This document shows, piece after piece, positions 39,960 through 50,314 of a stretch of 64,000 nt of DNA. Both the position numbers and the translations under genes were made by a program. The DNA lies in contig CAKPDM010000001.1 of NCBI GenBank assembly GCA_934148995.1, forward strand, positions 69,073 through 133,072, in the 5' to 3' direction. The notes under the pieces were generated by a model that worked only from the letters and a program-made list of their open reading frames with translations, was not told where the DNA came from and ran no database searches. This DNA comes from an uncultured Bacilli bacterium (GTDB lineage Bacteria > Bacillota_I > Bacilli_A > RF39 > UBA660). Position 1 is the stretch's first letter. Every line of letters begins with the position of its first letter.

Positions 39960-40797
39960 ATTTTATTACTTATTGCTTTTAAAGTTTTTAAATACTCTTT
40001 TCTCACTGGACTTATCGTTTTTACTTGATATTTCTTATATTTAGCTTTTGATTTTTCTTTTGATTGATTATGACTAATTAAACACGCTTCAACAAGTAAC
40101 TTTTCTACAGTACTAGAGGGAATTGTATCCAGTTACTTAATATAATCATCCATATGCATTATGCATTGGATTATGTCTAATTGCTTGTATTTCAGCAAAA
40201 TATTAAGATTAAATTTTATTTAAATTTTTTAATTATTCTTCTGGTAAATAATTTTTGGCAATTATAACATCACTCATTACTGGCAAATCACCTTTAAAGT
40301 AGTTAAGTCCATAAAAATTTTATCAGAATTTGCTCTTTCATATACTACTTCAGGTGCTTGTATATCTATGACAGCATAATGAAGTTTATTTTAAACAATT
40401 TGAAAAAATTCAATTGATTTACTGTCTTTAGGATTCTAATCTACAGCAGTCGCCCATACTCTAAAATTAATAGCAACTTTTGATTTTATTCTATATCCTA
40501 AAGATATAATCATATCTAAATTGTAATATTTAACTTTTCTTTCAACTTTTAAATTTCCTTCTTTATGAACTGTCAAGAATTCTTTGACAGTTGAGTTTAT
40601 GTCTAATTCTTCTTCATCAAAGATATTTTTAATATACAAACTTATATTTTGTTTATTCATATTATATAAGTGTCAGACCATCTGGTGTTGGGATAACCAT
40701 ACTCTTTCATCCTCAAGTTTTACATCTATTTTTGTCATTCCGTCATCATTTTTATAAATTACAATATTATTGTCATTTTCTTCCATTGTTATACCTC
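39960..40797 (-). pseudogene. RhuM-family (virulence protein RhuM-like) pseudogene with multiple frameshifts/stops
   Basis: fragments in three frames: MEENDNNIVIYKNDDGMTKIDVKLEDERVWLSQHQMV-stop, then MNKQNISLYIKNIF...YYNLDMIISLGYRIKSKVAINFRVWAT (74-aa ORF), then ...IIAKNYLPEE-stop and ...IPSSTVEKLLVEACLISHNQ...; each matches successive parts of RhuM-family proteins. Confidence 0.6.
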
Positions 40798-40862
40798 CAT
40801 TTCTATTTAGAGTTTAAAAGGTGCCAACAAATATAATTATTGTTCGCACCTTTACTTTACAC

Positions 40863-41017
40863 TACTTTCCACAACAGTTCTTATACTTCTTACCACTTCC
40901 GCATGGTCTTTTGTATTGGGGATTTTGGGAGCTTTTGAAAGCACTTGGCTCGTTAATTCGGCACTTGGTTGCACCACAGAGCACTCCGTAGCACTCGGCA
41001 AACCTAGCAGAACTTAT
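40863..41017 (-). other. GC-rich patch encoding a SEC-C-type zinc-finger peptide remnant (...KRPCGSGKKYKNCCGK-stop), no ATG
   Basis: local GC far above surroundings; periodic GCACTYGG repeats at 40941, 40961, 40981, 40991; peptide C-terminus identical in amino acids (not nucleotides) to secA C-terminus. Confidence 0.35.
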
Positions 41018-41034
41018 CTAAAAACTTATCTAAG
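41011..41034. repeat. Left 24-bp direct repeat AACTTATCTAAAAACTTATCTAAG flanking ABC exporter gene
   Basis: 22/24 identical to 42974-42997; itself an internal tandem of AACTTATCTAA. Confidence 0.6.
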
Positions 41035-41036
41035 TT

Positions 41037-42803
41037 TTAATTTAATTTTCCATAATACATATCGCTAAACATTCCATTTTTTTCTATAAGATCATCAAAT
41101 TTACCATCTTCTTCAATCTTACCTTTATTAAGTACTATAATTCTATCACAGTTTTTTAGTGTAGTTAATCTATGTGCTATTGCAATAATTGTTGTATTAT
41201 TTTCTTGTTTCATTTTTTCTATTTCAGCCTGAATATATTTTTCAGATGTATTATCAAGAGCAGAAGTTGCTTCATCTAAAATTAATATTTTAGGCTTTCT
41301 TAAGAATATTCTTGCAATTGCTATTCTTTGTCTTTGTCCACCTGATAAATTGTTTCCTCCTTCAGAAACTAATGAGTCAAATTTATCTGGAAGTCCATTT
41401 ATATAATCATAAATATATGCTCTTTTAGCTGCTTCTTCTACTTCATCAATTGAAACTTCTCTATCTATTCCATATGTTATATTTTCAAATATTGTTCCTG
41501 CAATTAAGAATGGACTTTGTGGTACTAATGCTATTAATTTTGATAAATCTTTTCTTGTTAAATTATCAATATTCTTATCATCAACAATTATTGCTCCATC
41601 TGCTTTTTCTAACTTGCAAATAGATTTTATTAATGAAGATTTACCACAGCCTGAAGGTCCAGCAATTCCAAGATACATTCCTCTTTCTATATCTATATTA
41701 AAGTTATCCAAAATGATTTTATCTTCATTTTCAGAATAATGGAAAGTAATATTTTCCATGTTTATAATCTCATTTGTTGATTTATTTTCTGATTTTGTTT
41801 TTATAGGTAAATATGAGAAATCATTTTCTATTTCTACAATTTTAAATAAATCAGTTGCTAAAACTGTACATTCAGAAACTTCATCAAATATTCTATGTAA
41901 TTCCTCTAGCGGTCTTAGTAATTGATTAAAACATAAATATGCAGTTAATACAGCACCTACTGAAATTATATTTTTAGTTGCTAGATAAGTAGAAATTCCA
42001 ATTACTAACACTGTAAATACAGCTTGATTAATAAATTTTAAACAATCATACATTGCCATCGCTTTATGATGTTTCATTTCTTTTGCTCTTAAAAACTCAC
42101 CCTTATCATCAAATCTTTTAGTTTCAAAGTCTAAACTATCGCAAATTCTTATAACTTCAATACCATTTATAAGTTCAACTATAGTTCCATCCATTCCTGA
42201 TTTACTTTCTAATAGTTCAACCCTAATACCTTTTTGACTTTTTATTTGTTTTAATACAATAAATACTCCGATAGGTATAACTAACAACATGGGCATAGCT
42301 AATGTTATTGGTAATGTTAAAAATATAGTTATAATTGCAGCAATTGCATTAAATATTGCTGGAGCAAAATCCATAAACAACAATTTTTCTAATTTAATAG
42401 TTCCATCTAAACACCTATTAAGCCTTCCATGAATATTTCCAGTCATATTCTTTCTAAAATAAGAAAGCGGAGCCATTAATAATGACTTTATTACCATTCC
42501 TCTTGCTTTCTTTTCTGTTCTTGTTGCTGTATCTTCAATTAATACTCTTCTAAATATTTTTATTACTTCATTTACTACATTTACTATTAATATAAAAACT
42601 AAAAAAGGAATTACTTTATTAAATGATATTTCATTCTTAGTTAATATATCATCTGTAAGCCATCCTATTGCTTTTGGTGTCATTTGAGCAAGTGCAGCAG
42701 AAACTATCATTATAATAATTATTAAAATAAATCTTAATTTCTGTTTTGTATCTAACAATTTATATATTTTCTTCAATACTTTTATTAAATTATTCCTTTT
42801 CAT
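41037..42803 (-). CDS. ABC exporter, fused permease-ATPase (type I exporter, ABCB/MsbA-like)
   Basis: 588 aa; 6 TM N-terminal domain then Walker A GPSGCGKSS, LSGGQRQRIAIAR, Walker B ILILDEATSALD. Confidence 0.8.
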   Translation of the reverse strand: MKRNNLIKVLKKIYKLLDTKQKLRFILIIIIMIVSAALAQMTPKAIGWLTDDILTKNEISFNKVIPFLVFILIVNVVNEVIKIFRRVLIEDTATRTEKKARGMVIKSLLMAPLSYFRKNMTGNIHGRLNRCLDGTIKLEKLLFMDFAPAIFNAIAAIITIFLTLPITLAMPMLLVIPIGVFIVLKQIKSQKGIRVELLESKSGMDGTIVELINGIEVIRICDSLDFETKRFDDKGEFLRAKEMKHHKAMAMYDCLKFINQAVFTVLVIGISTYLATKNIISVGAVLTAYLCFNQLLRPLEELHRIFDEVSECTVLATDLFKIVEIENDFSYLPIKTKSENKSTNEIINMENITFHYSENEDKIILDNFNIDIERGMYLGIAGPSGCGKSSLIKSICKLEKADGAIIVDDKNIDNLTRKDLSKLIALVPQSPFLIAGTIFENITYGIDREVSIDEVEEAAKRAYIYDYINGLPDKFDSLVSEGGNNLSGGQRQRIAIARIFLRKPKILILDEATSALDNTSEKYIQAEIEKMKQENNTTIIAIAHRLTTLKNCDRIIVLNKGKIEEDGKFDDLIEKNGMFSDMYYGKLN

Positions 42804-42950
42804 AACAACTTCCCCCTTTCAAATCTCTTCAACTATAACATATTTTTATTAAATTTTCCAGTCAGCATAAAATACACATATCATTGGGAAAGTGTACATT
42901 TTTATAAAAAAACTTATTTTTCAATACTTTTCTCCAACATGGTGAATTTT

Positions 42951-42997
42951 AGATAAGTTTTATATAAACTAAGAACTTACCTAAAAACTTATCTAAT
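42951..42997. repeat. Right repeat block: inverted AGATAAGTTT plus direct AACTTACCTAAAAACTTATCTAAT
   Basis: seen directly between ABC gene start and secA terminator. Confidence 0.6.
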
Positions 42998-43010
42998 TAA
43001 AAACTGGTAT

Positions 43011-43037
43011 TAAAAAAAGCCCGTAAATACGAGCTTA
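43011..43037 (-). terminator. secA terminator (GCTCGTA-TT-TACGGGC + TTTTTTT)
   Basis: 7-bp stem incl. one G-U, followed by 7 T on minus strand immediately after secA stop. Confidence 0.6.
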
Positions 43038-43040
43038 AAA

Positions 43041-45572
43041 CTACTTACCACAACAATTTTTATACTTTTTACCTGAACCACATGGACAAGGATCATTACG
43101 ACCTACTTTTGTACTCTTCTTAGGTTTCTTTACTGCATCTGATTTGTCATCATTAGTTTGAACATTTTTAGTGACAGGTTTACGTTCAATATTTTGTTGA
43201 ATCTCGGCTTTTAATAAGAAAACACTAACATCATGGTCAATCTTTTGTAACATTTGATCAAATAAATCAAAACCTTCTGTACTATATGCTCTTAATGGAT
43301 CTTCTTGACCATAACTACGTAAATAAATTCCTTCACGTAAATGACTCATTATGTTAATTTGTTCCATCCAGTAATTATCAATAACTTGTAAAGATAGTGC
43401 TTTTTCAAATTCACTAGTAACTTCTACTGGAACATCACTAAGTTTTTCTTCATACTCAGATTTTGCTTTATTATATAGAAAATCAACTATTTCATCATCT
43501 ATCATTGAATTAATTTCATCATCTTTAATATCATCTCTTAGAAGATTCTCATTAGCAAAAGAAACAATTTCTTTCTTATCTTGTTCACTCATATCACCAT
43601 CAACAGTATGAGACTTAACTAAATCAGTAACATAATTTCTCATACATTCAAGTACTTGTTCGTGAACTGAATCACTATCTAGAATCTCATTTCTTCTACC
43701 ATACATTATTTCACGTTGGGTATTCATTACGTCATCATATTGTAGTAATTGTTTTCTAGCATCAAAGTTATTTCCTTCAACTCTCTTTTGAGCGGTTGTA
43801 ATGGCTTTTGAAAAATATTTATTTTGAATAGCTTGATCTCCGAAACCAAAACTAGTCATCATTTCTTTAATCTTTTCACTACCAAAACGAATCATTAAAT
43901 CATCTTCCATAGATACAAAGAATTGTGTAAATCCGGGATCACCTTGACGACCAGAACGTCCTCTTAACTGATTATCAATACGACGTGATTCATGACGTTC
44001 AGTACCAATTACACAAAGCCCACCTAATTCTCTGATTTCATCTGATAACTTAATATCAGTACCACGGCCAGCCATATTAGTAGCGATAGTAACTGATTTA
44101 TGTTGACCAATCTTAGAAATTATTTCTGCTTCTCTTGCATGATTCTTAGCATTTAATATTTCGTGAGGAATCTTTTCTTTCTTTAACAAAGTACTAATCA
44201 ATTCACTAGTTTCAATAGCAATAGTACCAATTAAGACAGGTTGACCTTTGGCATATCTTTCTTTTACTTCATTAATAATTGCTTTATATTTAGCATTTTT
44301 AGTAGCAAATACTAAATCAGGAGCATCAATTCTAGCAACTGGTTTATTTGTAGGAATACAAATTACATACATATTATAAATATCACGGAATTCTTCCTCT
44401 TCTGTTTTAGCAGTACCAGTCATACCTGATAATTTCTTATACATTCTAAATAAGTTCTGGAAAGTTATAGTAGCTAAAGTCTTTGTCTCTTGATTAATAC
44501 GAACTCCTTCTTTAGCTTCAATTGCTTGATGAAGTCCATCACTATAGGCACGACCTTTCATCAAACGACCTGTAAATTGGTCTACTATAACAACTTCTCC
44601 ATCTTGAACAACATAATCAACATCTAATTTCATTGAATAATTTGCTCTTAAAGCTTGATTAATATAATGAACTAAAGTAGCATTTTCTACTTCATAAAGA
44701 TTTTTAACTCTAAAGGCTTTTTCTGCTTTCTCACTACCTTCATCTGTTAGTGTTACACTTTTTGTAGTTTCATCATATAAGTAATCAACATCATCCTTTA
44801 AACTCTTTACAAAGCTATCAGCATCTTGATAAAGATTAGCACTAACTAACTGTCCTCCAGAAATAATTAATGGAGTTCTTGCTTCATCGATTAAAACTGA
44901 ATCTACTTCATCAACGATAGCAAAATTTAATGGTCTTTGAACTCTGTCTTCTTTTCTAATAACCATATTATCTCTTAGATAATCAAATCCAATTTCATTA
45001 TTAGTAGAATATAAAATATCACAAGCATAAGCTTCCTGCTTTTCTTTTGGACTTAGTTCTCTTGTATTAACTCCTACTGTTAAACCTAAAAATCTATGAA
45101 TGCCACCCATCCATTCTGCATCACGAGTAGCTAAGTATTCATTAACAGTAATAATATGAACACCTTTTCCGTCTAAGGCATTTAAATAAGCTGGTAATAC
45201 TGATGTTAAAGTTTTACCTTCACCAGTTTTCATTTCTGCTATATTACCATAGTGAATAGCTAAAGCACCAACTATTTGAACATAGAAAGGTTTTTCTCCA
45301 ATAACACGATAAGCAGCTTCTCTTGCTGTTGCAAAAGCTTCTACTAATATATCTTCTAATGTTTCACCATTTGCTAAACGTTTCTTAAATTCTTCTGTTT
45401 TATTTTTTAACTCTTCATCTGATAATTTTTGGTATTCTTCATCAAGTGCAACTATTTTATCAGCTAAAGATTCAAATTTTTTTAATTCTTTATATTCATG
45501 ATCAAACAATCTTGTAAATATTCCCATTGTAAACATCTCCTCAAGGATTATTGTAACAAAAAAAGGAGACAA
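43041..45572 (-). CDS. secA: Preprotein translocase ATPase SecA
   Basis: 843 aa; DEAD-like motor motifs, C-terminal zinc-binding CPCGSGKKYKNCCGK. Confidence 0.9.
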   Translation of the reverse strand: MSPFFVTIILEEMFTMGIFTRLFDHEYKELKKFESLADKIVALDEEYQKLSDEELKNKTEEFKKRLANGETLEDILVEAFATAREAAYRVIGEKPFYVQIVGALAIHYGNIAEMKTGEGKTLTSVLPAYLNALDGKGVHIITVNEYLATRDAEWMGGIHRFLGLTVGVNTRELSPKEKQEAYACDILYSTNNEIGFDYLRDNMVIRKEDRVQRPLNFAIVDEVDSVLIDEARTPLIISGGQLVSANLYQDADSFVKSLKDDVDYLYDETTKSVTLTDEGSEKAEKAFRVKNLYEVENATLVHYINQALRANYSMKLDVDYVVQDGEVVIVDQFTGRLMKGRAYSDGLHQAIEAKEGVRINQETKTLATITFQNLFRMYKKLSGMTGTAKTEEEEFRDIYNMYVICIPTNKPVARIDAPDLVFATKNAKYKAIINEVKERYAKGQPVLIGTIAIETSELISTLLKKEKIPHEILNAKNHAREAEIISKIGQHKSVTIATNMAGRGTDIKLSDEIRELGGLCVIGTERHESRRIDNQLRGRSGRQGDPGFTQFFVSMEDDLMIRFGSEKIKEMMTSFGFGDQAIQNKYFSKAITTAQKRVEGNNFDARKQLLQYDDVMNTQREIMYGRRNEILDSDSVHEQVLECMRNYVTDLVKSHTVDGDMSEQDKKEIVSFANENLLRDDIKDDEINSMIDDEIVDFLYNKAKSEYEEKLSDVPVEVTSEFEKALSLQVIDNYWMEQINIMSHLREGIYLRSYGQEDPLRAYSTEGFDLFDQMLQKIDHDVSVFLLKAEIQQNIERKPVTKNVQTNDDKSDAVKKPKKSTKVGRNDPCPCGSGKKYKNCCGK

Positions 45573-45604
45573 TAGAAAGCATTTTCTCCCATTTTACACT
45601 ATTT

Positions 45605-47899
45605 CTAAATGCTTACACAACTTTCTCCATGATACCAAGCATCTACTATAACTGGAGTCACAATATCATCTATAACTTTTTCTATTTGTCTTGCTCCAAA
45701 TTTTTCATAGTTCGTCTTTGAAATAATTTTTTCCACAATATCTGTGGATATTTCTACTTTTATATTTTTCTTTTGAAAAGCTTCTATCAATGTTACTAGT
45801 TTCATATTAACAATTTTTTCTATATCATTTTTTGTTAATTCTCTAAAATGATATTTTTTATCAATTCTGTTAACAAATTCTACTCCCAAAAATTCTTCAA
45901 TATCTTTGTTACTTATTTCGTCAGTTGAAACAAATCCTATGTCTTTGTTAGCACCACCTAAATTAGTTGTCATAAAAAGAAAAATGTGGTCAAAAGACAC
46001 TTTTCTGCCTTTAGCATCTTTCAAATATCCTTCATCCATTACTTGAAGAAATAATTTTAAGACTGATGGTGAAGCTTTTTCTATTTCATCTAGGAGTATA
46101 ACACAATGTGGATAAAGTCTTATCTGATCTAATACTGTCTGATGATTATCAAAACCAACATACCCTGGAGGAGCTCCTAAAATTTTACTAACTGAATGTT
46201 CTTCTTTATATTCACTCATATCAAGTCTTATAAAATGGTCTTTACCATATAAAAGCGAAGCATATTCTTTTACTAAGTAGGTTTTTCCTATTCCTGTCGC
46301 CCCAGATAAGAGAAAAGTATGTATCTTCGGAGTATCTTGGAAACCTAACTGTACTTTCTTAGTTAAATTACATAAATCGTGAATAATTTCATCTTGCCCA
46401 ACTATTTTAGCTAGTAATTCTTTTTCTATAGAAAACAATTTTGTTTTGTTTCCTTCTATTATTTCATAAACAGGTATTTTTGTTTTTAAATAAATTACTT
46501 CTGCTATCATTTCTTTTGTTATTTTCTTAGGTTTCCTTTTACCAATTAGTGAAATCTCTAACTCATTCTTTTTAGTTATTAAGTTCTTTTCACTTTGTTT
46601 TAGTTTAGAAGCTTTTTTAAAATTTTGTTCTAACACAGCTTTTTTCTTTTCAGTTACTACCTTTTTTAATGAATCATTAAGTCTTTTTAACTCTTTATCT
46701 TTTTTATCCTCTACAAGACTTGCTCTTGAACAAACCTCATCTAGTATATCTATTGCTTTATCAGGTTGATAATAATCATAGATATATGTATTTGATAATT
46801 CAACTATCATATCAATCATTTCATCGGAAATAGAAACTGAGTGATATGCTTCATAAAGTGGTTTTAGTTTCTTTAAGATTTCTTTTGTTTTATCTTTATT
46901 TGGTTCTTCTACTAATATTATTTGAAATCTTCTATTTAAAGCTTTATCTTTTTCAATAAATTCTCGATATTCTGCTACCGTAGTAGCACCAATTAAATGA
47001 ATTTTTCCCCTTGCTAAAGCTGGTTTTAAGATGTTTGATGCATCAATAGCTCCTTCTGCACCACCTGCTCCAACTAAAGTATGAATTTCATCTATAAATA
47101 TTAGATATTCATCATGTTCTTCAATTTCTTTTAGTATTTTTCCTACTCTTTCTTCAAATTCTCCTCGATATTTTGTACCTGCTACTAAGGAAGCCATTGA
47201 TAATGAAAGAATCACTTTTCCCTTTAAAGAACGAGGTACATTATCATTAACTATTTGTCTTGCTAATTCTTCAACAATAGCAGTTTTTCCTACTCCTGCT
47301 TCACCTAATAATAAGGGATTATTTTTAGTTCTTCTGCAAAGAATTTCTATCATTCTTTTGATTTCATCTTCTCTACCTATTACAGGATCTATTTCATTAG
47401 ATACAATTCTTTTATTCAAATTGACAGCAAACTCTTCTATTAATAATTTTTTATGATTACTAACTTTTTTCTCACAAAATGAAGTAGAAAATTCTTGATA
47501 TAAAGAATCTATATCTATATTCATTCCCATCAATAATCTTATAGCAATTCCTTCACCTTCTTCTAGAAGTGATAAAAATAATTCTGTTACTGATACTTCA
47601 CTTTCTTTATTCTCTTTGCTATTAAGTATCGCTGTTTCTAAAACTCTTTTTAATAATGGTGTATATAAAAACCAATCATTAGTTGTTTTACCTATTCCTA
47701 CTACTCTTATTAATTCGTCTTTAAATTTATCATAAGTTAGACCTAATTGTTTTAAATGACTAGTTACTTTTAACTCTTTCATTGAGAGTATTGCTAAGAG
47801 TAAGTGTTCACTTCCAACATATGGATGCCGTAAAAGACGCATTTCTTTTCTAGCTAATACTAAAGCTTTCTGAGCATCTTCACTGAATTTCGAAAACAT
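45605..47899 (-). CDS. ATP-dependent Clp protease ATP-binding subunit (ClpC/ClpE-like, two AAA+ modules)
   Basis: 764 aa; Clp_N repeat N-terminus, Walker A GEAGVGKTA and GATGIGKTY, middle coiled-coil region. Confidence 0.8.
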   Translation of the reverse strand: MFSKFSEDAQKALVLARKEMRLLRHPYVGSEHLLLAILSMKELKVTSHLKQLGLTYDKFKDELIRVVGIGKTTNDWFLYTPLLKRVLETAILNSKENKESEVSVTELFLSLLEEGEGIAIRLLMGMNIDIDSLYQEFSTSFCEKKVSNHKKLLIEEFAVNLNKRIVSNEIDPVIGREDEIKRMIEILCRRTKNNPLLLGEAGVGKTAIVEELARQIVNDNVPRSLKGKVILSLSMASLVAGTKYRGEFEERVGKILKEIEEHDEYLIFIDEIHTLVGAGGAEGAIDASNILKPALARGKIHLIGATTVAEYREFIEKDKALNRRFQIILVEEPNKDKTKEILKKLKPLYEAYHSVSISDEMIDMIVELSNTYIYDYYQPDKAIDILDEVCSRASLVEDKKDKELKRLNDSLKKVVTEKKKAVLEQNFKKASKLKQSEKNLITKKNELEISLIGKRKPKKITKEMIAEVIYLKTKIPVYEIIEGNKTKLFSIEKELLAKIVGQDEIIHDLCNLTKKVQLGFQDTPKIHTFLLSGATGIGKTYLVKEYASLLYGKDHFIRLDMSEYKEEHSVSKILGAPPGYVGFDNHQTVLDQIRLYPHCVILLDEIEKASPSVLKLFLQVMDEGYLKDAKGRKVSFDHIFLFMTTNLGGANKDIGFVSTDEISNKDIEEFLGVEFVNRIDKKYHFRELTKNDIEKIVNMKLVTLIEAFQKKNIKVEISTDIVEKIISKTNYEKFGARQIEKVIDDIVTPVIVDAWYHGESCVSI

Positions 47900-47997
47900 A
47901 ACCTTTCCTCCTTGTATAATTCTATTTTAACGAGGAAAAATGGTTCTTTTCAACACTTTTAGTACCCTAAAAAATGACAAAAAAAATTAGTCCAAGA

Positions 47998-48555
47998 CTA
48001 ATTTAATTGTTCTACTGCTGATATTCTAACTTTTCCATAATATGATTTCCCGATAGCATCATTTTCTGCTGTTAAGTTTAGCCAAGTACGTAATTCAAAA
48101 TTCTGTGTAGTATTTCCTACTATTGAATATGAACCAAGTTTATTACTACTACTTGCTAAACTTCCACTTGCCACTGACGTTCCATCTTTCTTTAAATCAT
48201 AAGATAAATAACTATACGTTACTAAGGAACAACCATTGCAAGATGTTGTATCATCATCTAAGTAAACATCATAATTAATTGTTCTTGTTCCTGTATTCTT
48301 TAGTGAAAAGTTATATGGGGTAGATGCTAAACCGTCGCTATCTTCTTGAGGAATAGCATTTGTTACACTAATAGTAGATGTTCCTTCTACATAATTTAAT
48401 TGTAAATCTTTTGCTACTAGTGTGACATTTTGTGTTCCGTTTAACGTCATTTTTGAAAGTGCAAAACTAATACCTGCTATTAAAAAAATCAATATAAATA
48501 AGCCAACAATTAATAGTATGTTTTTACTATTATCAACTTTTATACCATCTTTCAT
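47998..48555 (-). CDS. Hypothetical membrane-anchored extracellular protein
   Basis: 185 aa; single N-terminal TM (ILLIVGLFILIFLIAGISFAL), S/T/N-rich ectodomain with 2 Cys. Confidence 0.4.
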   Translation of the reverse strand: MKDGIKVDNSKNILLIVGLFILIFLIAGISFALSKMTLNGTQNVTLVAKDLQLNYVEGTSTISVTNAIPQEDSDGLASTPYNFSLKNTGTRTINYDVYLDDDTTSCNGCSLVTYSYLSYDLKKDGTSVASGSLASSSNKLGSYSIVGNTTQNFELRTWLNLTAENDAIGKSYYGKVRISAVEQLN

Positions 48556-48670
48556 TATCTCTACCTCACTTTATTATATATATTAAGTTTATAACCTATT
48601 TGAAAAAATGTATATATTTTATGCTTATATAGCATATTTTATTTGTAAAAAAAAAGAGAAAATCTCTTTT

Positions 48671-50275
48671 TTAGATTAGAACTAAAATTGTAAAGACAAT
48701 GAATGATACTGCTAGTAGTTCTAATAATATTTTCCAAATATATTTTAACCAATCTTTATATGATACTTTTAAGTATGCTAATGTTACCATTAAAGTTATA
48801 CTTGTAGGTGCTACTAATGCAATGATACCATATAATGTTTGGAATATAACTGATACTACAGGATATGAATCTGTTGCTGTTACTACACTTACGAAGTAAG
48901 GTAAAACACTATAGAATGCATATACTGGGTCTCCGTTAATAATACTTGAAACAATTGCTACAAGACCAGTTGTAAATACATTGAATCCTTTGGTTAATCC
49001 TAATATAGCTTTATAAATAACTAATTGATAAGGATTATATGTAGTAAGAACTAAAATTAAGTAAACTACAAAAGCAACAAATGCTGGTAATAGGGCTTTT
49101 CTTAATCCATTACTAAATCCTACAATCATATCATCACAAGTAATTTTATAAACATATTTAATAATTACAAGAGCAAGTAATAGTAGAACGATAACTTCAA
49201 CTAAAGTCCAACTACCAAACGCTGGAACAGAGCTTCCTAGTATTTTTCCAAATATAGGGAAACTAGTATTTAAAGTTTTAGTAATTCCTGTAAAGAATTT
49301 AGCTTTTACTCCAAAACTGCCAATTAATACTACAACTGTAAATAAAGCAACAAGTCCATCAATAATGATGTATGTTTTTTTACTTGACTTTTTAGCAAAT
49401 AGAATAACATTAATTATTACAAGTAATGCTAATAAAGCAACATAAGCTGGAACTGTAAATCCTGTAACAGCTGTTTTAATGTCTTCAAATAAGTTAACAT
49501 TAAATGAATTAGTCCAAGAAATAAATCCTAATATAGTAACTACTAGAATAGTATCAATTATAGCTACTAATGGCCAATTTTTCTTTTTCTTCTTATCTTG
49601 TTTTACAACTTCAGGAATATAGTTATCTTCATCTTTTGTTGATGTTGTACTTTCTTTCTTACCAAACTTCAAAACATTAGCTAATAAAATTACTAATCCT
49701 AAAACAAGTAAAATTATTCTAGTCCAGATTTGAGTTGTGGTTTTTACTGATAAATATTGTTGTAGCATTTGTGTTGTGCTATATGCAAATGTTGTTCCCA
49801 TTAGTCCAATAGCAACACTTCCTGCAGTTACAGCAGTAGCAGCTAATTTGTTATATCCTAGCATTAATACTAAAGAAATAACAAATGGGAATAGCATTAG
49901 TAGTGCAAGTTGCATTCCACAGAATGATGTTAAAATAGCAAATAAAGAAGCAATTATAATAATACAAATATGTTCTTTACCTTTAAACTTTTTAACAATG
50001 GCATCTAGCATTTTTCTATATGCGCCAACTTTTACTAATACTCCATAGAATCCACCAATTACCAAGATGAATAATGATACATATCCAAAATAACCTAATA
50101 CTGTATTTTGATAAGATAATAAATCAAATATTCCAACTTGTGATCTACCTATCTCTTGATAACTAGATTGATAAGTAGCAGCTGGTAAAATCCAGGTCAA
50201 AAGCACAAATACAGATAGCGTAATTAAACTAACTTTCAATGCATTATGTTTTTTCATATTTTCTTCTCCTTCCAT
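48671..50275 (-). CDS. Polytopic membrane transporter (YfcC/DcuC-like ion-transporter superfamily candidate)
   Basis: 534 aa; ~12-14 TM helices in two halves separated by a K-rich cytoplasmic loop. Confidence 0.4.
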   Translation of the reverse strand: MEGEENMKKHNALKVSLITLSVFVLLTWILPAATYQSSYQEIGRSQVGIFDLLSYQNTVLGYFGYVSLFILVIGGFYGVLVKVGAYRKMLDAIVKKFKGKEHICIIIIASLFAILTSFCGMQLALLMLFPFVISLVLMLGYNKLAATAVTAGSVAIGLMGTTFAYSTTQMLQQYLSVKTTTQIWTRIILLVLGLVILLANVLKFGKKESTTSTKDEDNYIPEVVKQDKKKKKNWPLVAIIDTILVVTILGFISWTNSFNVNLFEDIKTAVTGFTVPAYVALLALLVIINVILFAKKSSKKTYIIIDGLVALFTVVVLIGSFGVKAKFFTGITKTLNTSFPIFGKILGSSVPAFGSWTLVEVIVLLLLALVIIKYVYKITCDDMIVGFSNGLRKALLPAFVAFVVYLILVLTTYNPYQLVIYKAILGLTKGFNVFTTGLVAIVSSIINGDPVYAFYSVLPYFVSVVTATDSYPVVSVIFQTLYGIIALVAPTSITLMVTLAYLKVSYKDWLKYIWKILLELLAVSFIVFTILVLI

Positions 50276-50314
50276 ATATTAATTATACGAATAATAACTT
50301 TGTTTTACAAGCAA

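Noticed and set aside
39846-40028. 60-aa + strand ORF at the edge of the rhuM remnant
   Set aside because: Hydrophobic low-complexity translation. It overlaps sequence that on the minus strand matches RhuM C-terminal blocks. No RBS.
43041-43100. SEC-C peptide at 40863-41017 as a recent duplication of the secA 3' end
   Set aside because: Amino acids are identical over 15 residues, but nucleotide sequence and codon usage differ strongly (GC-rich vs AT-rich). This is independent origin, not a local duplication.
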